Source: Candidatus Eiseniibacteriota bacterium (GTDB lineage Bacteria > Eisenbacteria > RBG-16-71-46). Taken from it: 64,000 bases of DNA. The notes beneath the pieces were generated by a model. It had not been told where the DNA came from. It worked only from the letters and a program-made list of their open reading frames with translations, and did no database searches. The position numbers and the translations under genes were made by a program. The stretch covers positions 288,001 to 352,000 of the forward strand of contig CAVZLN010000008.1 in NCBI GenBank assembly GCA_963776245.1, written 5' to 3'. Every line of letters begins with the position of its first letter. Within the stretch, counting starts at the first letter, position 1. This document shows, piece after piece, positions 61,603 to 64,000 of this stretch.

Positions 61603-61980
61603 CTACGTCTCGTCGCGACCATAGGCCTTGAAGGTCATGATGAGCGCGGGGATCAGCAGCAGGCCTTCCAGGACCATGAACACGGGCGCGCCCGTGTTCG
61701 CGGAGCCCTGGCGGTAGAGGCCCGCGGCGAACATCCGGAACAGGCCGAGGGCCAGGAAGAACCAGCCGGAAAGCGTCACCAGCACAGTCCAGTCACGTGT
61801 CCAGTGAGGGTGGGCGCGCACCACCGCCAGCCCCCCCACGAACATCAGGACTCCCGAGAGATAGACGACCGGGGGGATCTGGGCATCGTAGAGATGCGGT
61901 TGCACGAGCGGGAACTCCGAGACGAGCATCGCGATCATCGTGGGACCGACGAGACCCGCGATGCGCTTCGAGTTCGGCAT
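61603..61980 (-). CDS. Hypothetical small membrane protein (4 TM)
   Basis: ATG with AAGGAGG RBS; four hydrophobic segments; RAHPHWT.DW..LVTL.GW. Confidence 0.7.
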   Translation of the reverse strand: MPNSKRIAGLVGPTMIAMLVSEFPLVQPHLYDAQIPPVVYLSGVLMFVGGLAVVRAHPHWTRDWTVLVTLSGWFFLALGLFRMFAAGLYRQGSANTGAPVFMVLEGLLLIPALIMTFKAYGRDET

Positions 61981-62093
61981 GACGACCTCCTTCTCGTTCG
62001 GGGCAGCCCGGTGGATCGCGGTCGAGCGGCGGCGGCCGGCCGCCGCACGCCGACCTTCAGGGGCGCCGGTGAACCCGCCGCGCTGACCGCCGG

Positions 62094-62345
62094 CTACCGG
62101 AACACGGCGTGAGCGACCGCCGATTCCCAGCCCCAGTAGATCAATGCGACGGCCGTGAGGTCGAAGGTCGCATGGGCGACCATCGGAAGCCAGAGCGCCT
62201 CGGTGACCCCGTAGATGGTGCCGAACACCAGGCCCGTCACCGCCGCCTGCTCCACGCCGGGGAGCCCCTGGTCATGATAGTGCGCGAAGGCGAACAGACC
62301 CGACGTGACCAGCACGGTGACGATCCGCGCCGCCAGGCGCCGGCA
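62094..62345 (-). pseudogene. C-terminal fragment of a CPBP/Abi (CAAX-like) intramembrane metalloprotease
   Basis: SGLFAFAH.....G....G..FG..Y....LW.PMVAHATFD motifs are present; the N-terminal half with the EExxxR motif and a start codon are not found. Confidence 0.6.
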
Positions 62346-62429
62346 TGGGATCGGCGCTCATCCGTGCGGTGTCCTGAGGACTCGTGGATGGTTCCGGCCG
62401 GCCGAACGTGCCGCGCGATGCGCGGGCCC

Positions 62430-63248
62430 TCAGCGTTCGATCGTGACCACGTGCGCCTGCATCTTGCCGTCCACGGCGCCGCTCCCGAAGCGCCGGGCGA
62501 TCGCCTCCTCCGCCCGGTCGGTCGCCTCCCCGAGCCGCGAGGGGTCGAGCGTCTCGATCTCGTTCCGCAGCGGAGTCCCCTGGCAGAACGCGATCGCGGT
62601 GGCGCGGGCAGATGCCGCCAGGCTGCGGGCCGCCACTGTGCCGATGTGGGGCGGCGCCGCGAACCCGCCGACCCGCAGGTCCCGCGCGATGGTCGCGGTG
62701 TCGTGATAGCCGTGGGGCGTGCGCTCCATGAAGCGGGGCGGGTCCGCGGGGAAGAGCGATTCGAGCGCGGTGGCCACGGTGTGGGCGAATTCGTTCTCCT
62801 CGATCCGGTCCCACACGCTGAAGTGAAAGACCCCTCCCGCCCCCAGGACTCGACGCGCTTCCGAATACGCCTGCGACTTGTCGGGGAAGAACATGGCCCC
62901 GAACTGGCACACCACGGCGTCGAACGTCCCGTCCTCGAAGGGCAGTCGCATCGCGTCCGCCTGGCGCCACTCCACCGGCCGCCGCGTCCCCAATTCAGCC
63001 GCCAGATCGAGCATGGATGGGTTCAGATCGGTGGCCACGATCGATGCGCTCTCCGGCAGCGCGGACGCCAGCTCGCGGGTCACCACCCCGGTTCCGGCCG
63101 CGATCTCGAGCACGCAGCGCGGGGATCGCGAAGCGACCCGATCCGCCAGGTCCCCCGCGTAGGGCCGGAAGATCATCGGAACGAGCAACTCTTCGTAGAG
63201 GTAAGGGATCGGGCCGTTGAAGAGGTTCGGGGCAGGTGCGGGGTTCAC
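62430..63248 (-). CDS. Class I SAM-dependent methyltransferase
   Basis: VLEIAAGTGVVT, ATDLNPSML, ADAMRLPFEDGTFDAVVCQFGAMFFPD. Confidence 0.88.
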   Translation of the reverse strand: MNPAPAPNLFNGPIPYLYEELLVPMIFRPYAGDLADRVASRSPRCVLEIAAGTGVVTRELASALPESASIVATDLNPSMLDLAAELGTRRPVEWRQADAMRLPFEDGTFDAVVCQFGAMFFPDKSQAYSEARRVLGAGGVFHFSVWDRIEENEFAHTVATALESLFPADPPRFMERTPHGYHDTATIARDLRVGGFAAPPHIGTVAARSLAASARATAIAFCQGTPLRNEIETLDPSRLGEATDRAEEAIARRFGSGAVDGKMQAHVVTIER

Positions 63249-63490
63249 GGGAGGGTCCCTGGGTTCGGGGTGCGCATCGCGGCATCTCGATTGGGTAGTA
63301 GATGGCCCACCGCCCCGGCGGGTGCGCCCCTTCTGGTGGGTTCGTCCCGTCGCGGATCCGCCGCCTCAACCCGCTGCCCGCGTTCGGCTTGAAAGAAACT
63401 TGAAATGACCCCTTGCGCACCGCGCGCGCCGCGCGGATACTCTGTTCGTCATCCGGTTGCCGTGGACGTGCTGGAAAGCGCTTTCTCTTG

Positions 63491-63520
63491 CCGCCAGATT
63501 CGATCTGGCGGTTTTTCGTT
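63491..63520 (+). terminator. Intrinsic terminator-like hairpin in the cold-shock gene leader
   Basis: CCGCCAGAT-TCG-ATCTGGCGG followed by TTTTTCGTT. Confidence 0.6.
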
Positions 63521-63636
63521 AGTGCCGCGCAGACCGCCACGAGTCGGACGACATCCGGTCAGGGTGACCGGTCCGTAGCCGCCACGTTTGGCGGCATACC
63601 GGGACCATCAGTCCCGGGCTATCGAAGGAGTACGCA

Positions 63637-63837
63637 GTGGCTATCGGAACCGTGAAGTGGTTCAACGAGGCGAAGGGTTTCGGCTTCATCTCCCAGGCGG
63701 ACGGCGAGGACGTGTTCGTGCACTTCTCGACCATCCAGGGTGATGGCTTCAAGACCCTCGCAGAGGGCGAGAAGGTGGAGTTCGACGTGACCCGCGGGCC
63801 GAAGGGCCTGCAGGCGGCGAACGTCCGCAAGGCGTAG
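63637..63837 (+). CDS. cspA: Cold-shock protein (CspA family)
   Basis: [15 protein letters not shown] (RNP1), DVFVHFSTI (RNP2), [19 protein letters not shown]. Confidence 0.96.
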   Translation: MAIGTVKWFNEAKGFGFISQADGEDVFVHFSTIQGDGFKTLAEGEKVEFDVTRGPKGLQAANVRKA

Positions 63838-63864
63838 GCCCGCCTCGGGTACCGCCTCACCATC

Positions 63865-63905
63865 GCGGGGGCGGCAGGCGCAAGGCCTGCCGCCCTTCGC
63901 GTTTC
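63865..63905 (+). terminator. Terminator after csp
   Basis: GGGCGGCAGGC-gcaag-GCCTGCCGCCC stem followed by TTCGCGTTT. Confidence 0.6.
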
Positions 63906-64000
63906 CCACACCGCACCCCCGTGCGGCTTGTCAGGGCGCTGACCGGGCCGGGAAGAACCGGCTTGATTTTCGCGGCCACACCGCCGATATTCCCCTCGTC

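Overview
A very GC-rich, diderm bacterial chromosome segment. The gene content (SprA, a PorV-like barrel, FlgD/CHU_C-type C-terminal domains, LptFG, split HldE) suggests a non-Bacteroidota member of the FCB-related lineages, for example Ca. Eisenbacteria-like; this is inference only. Most of the window is core housekeeping on the minus strand: rimP-nusA-infB-DUF503-rbfA-truB-ribF-rpsO-pnp; TPR-ECF sigma-anti-sigma-HtrA-aroB-aroQ-accB-pilT-accC-comB; and aldehyde dehydrogenase-sucC-sucD-ndk-yceD-rpmF-plsX-fabH-fabD-fabG-acpP-fabF-rnc. Several genes (pnp, fabD, rfaE1, a redoxin, a hybrid kinase, yifB) are split by single-base indels that look like sequencing errors. Main points of interest: (1) a four-gene cassette at 43.5-52.1 kb that looks like a T9SS-linked trans-envelope signalling module (secreted beta-propeller/YYY protein with a type-B-like CTD, a PorV-like barrel fused to a transglutaminase-like Cys domain and TPRs, a paralogous TPR protein with the same YWK C-terminus, and a CHASE2-PP2C phosphatase); (2) sprA translationally coupled to a glutaminyl-cyclase-like M28 gene; (3) a candidate sigma54-dependent sRNA with tandem enhancer sites downstream of an NtrC-type activator; (4) RNase III with an RNase E-like R/E-rich repetitive disordered tail; (5) a 145-bp CTAG-flanked MITE at the accC stop codon; (6) two Cys-less secreted peroxiredoxin-like proteins; and (7) a terminator inside the cold-shock gene leader.
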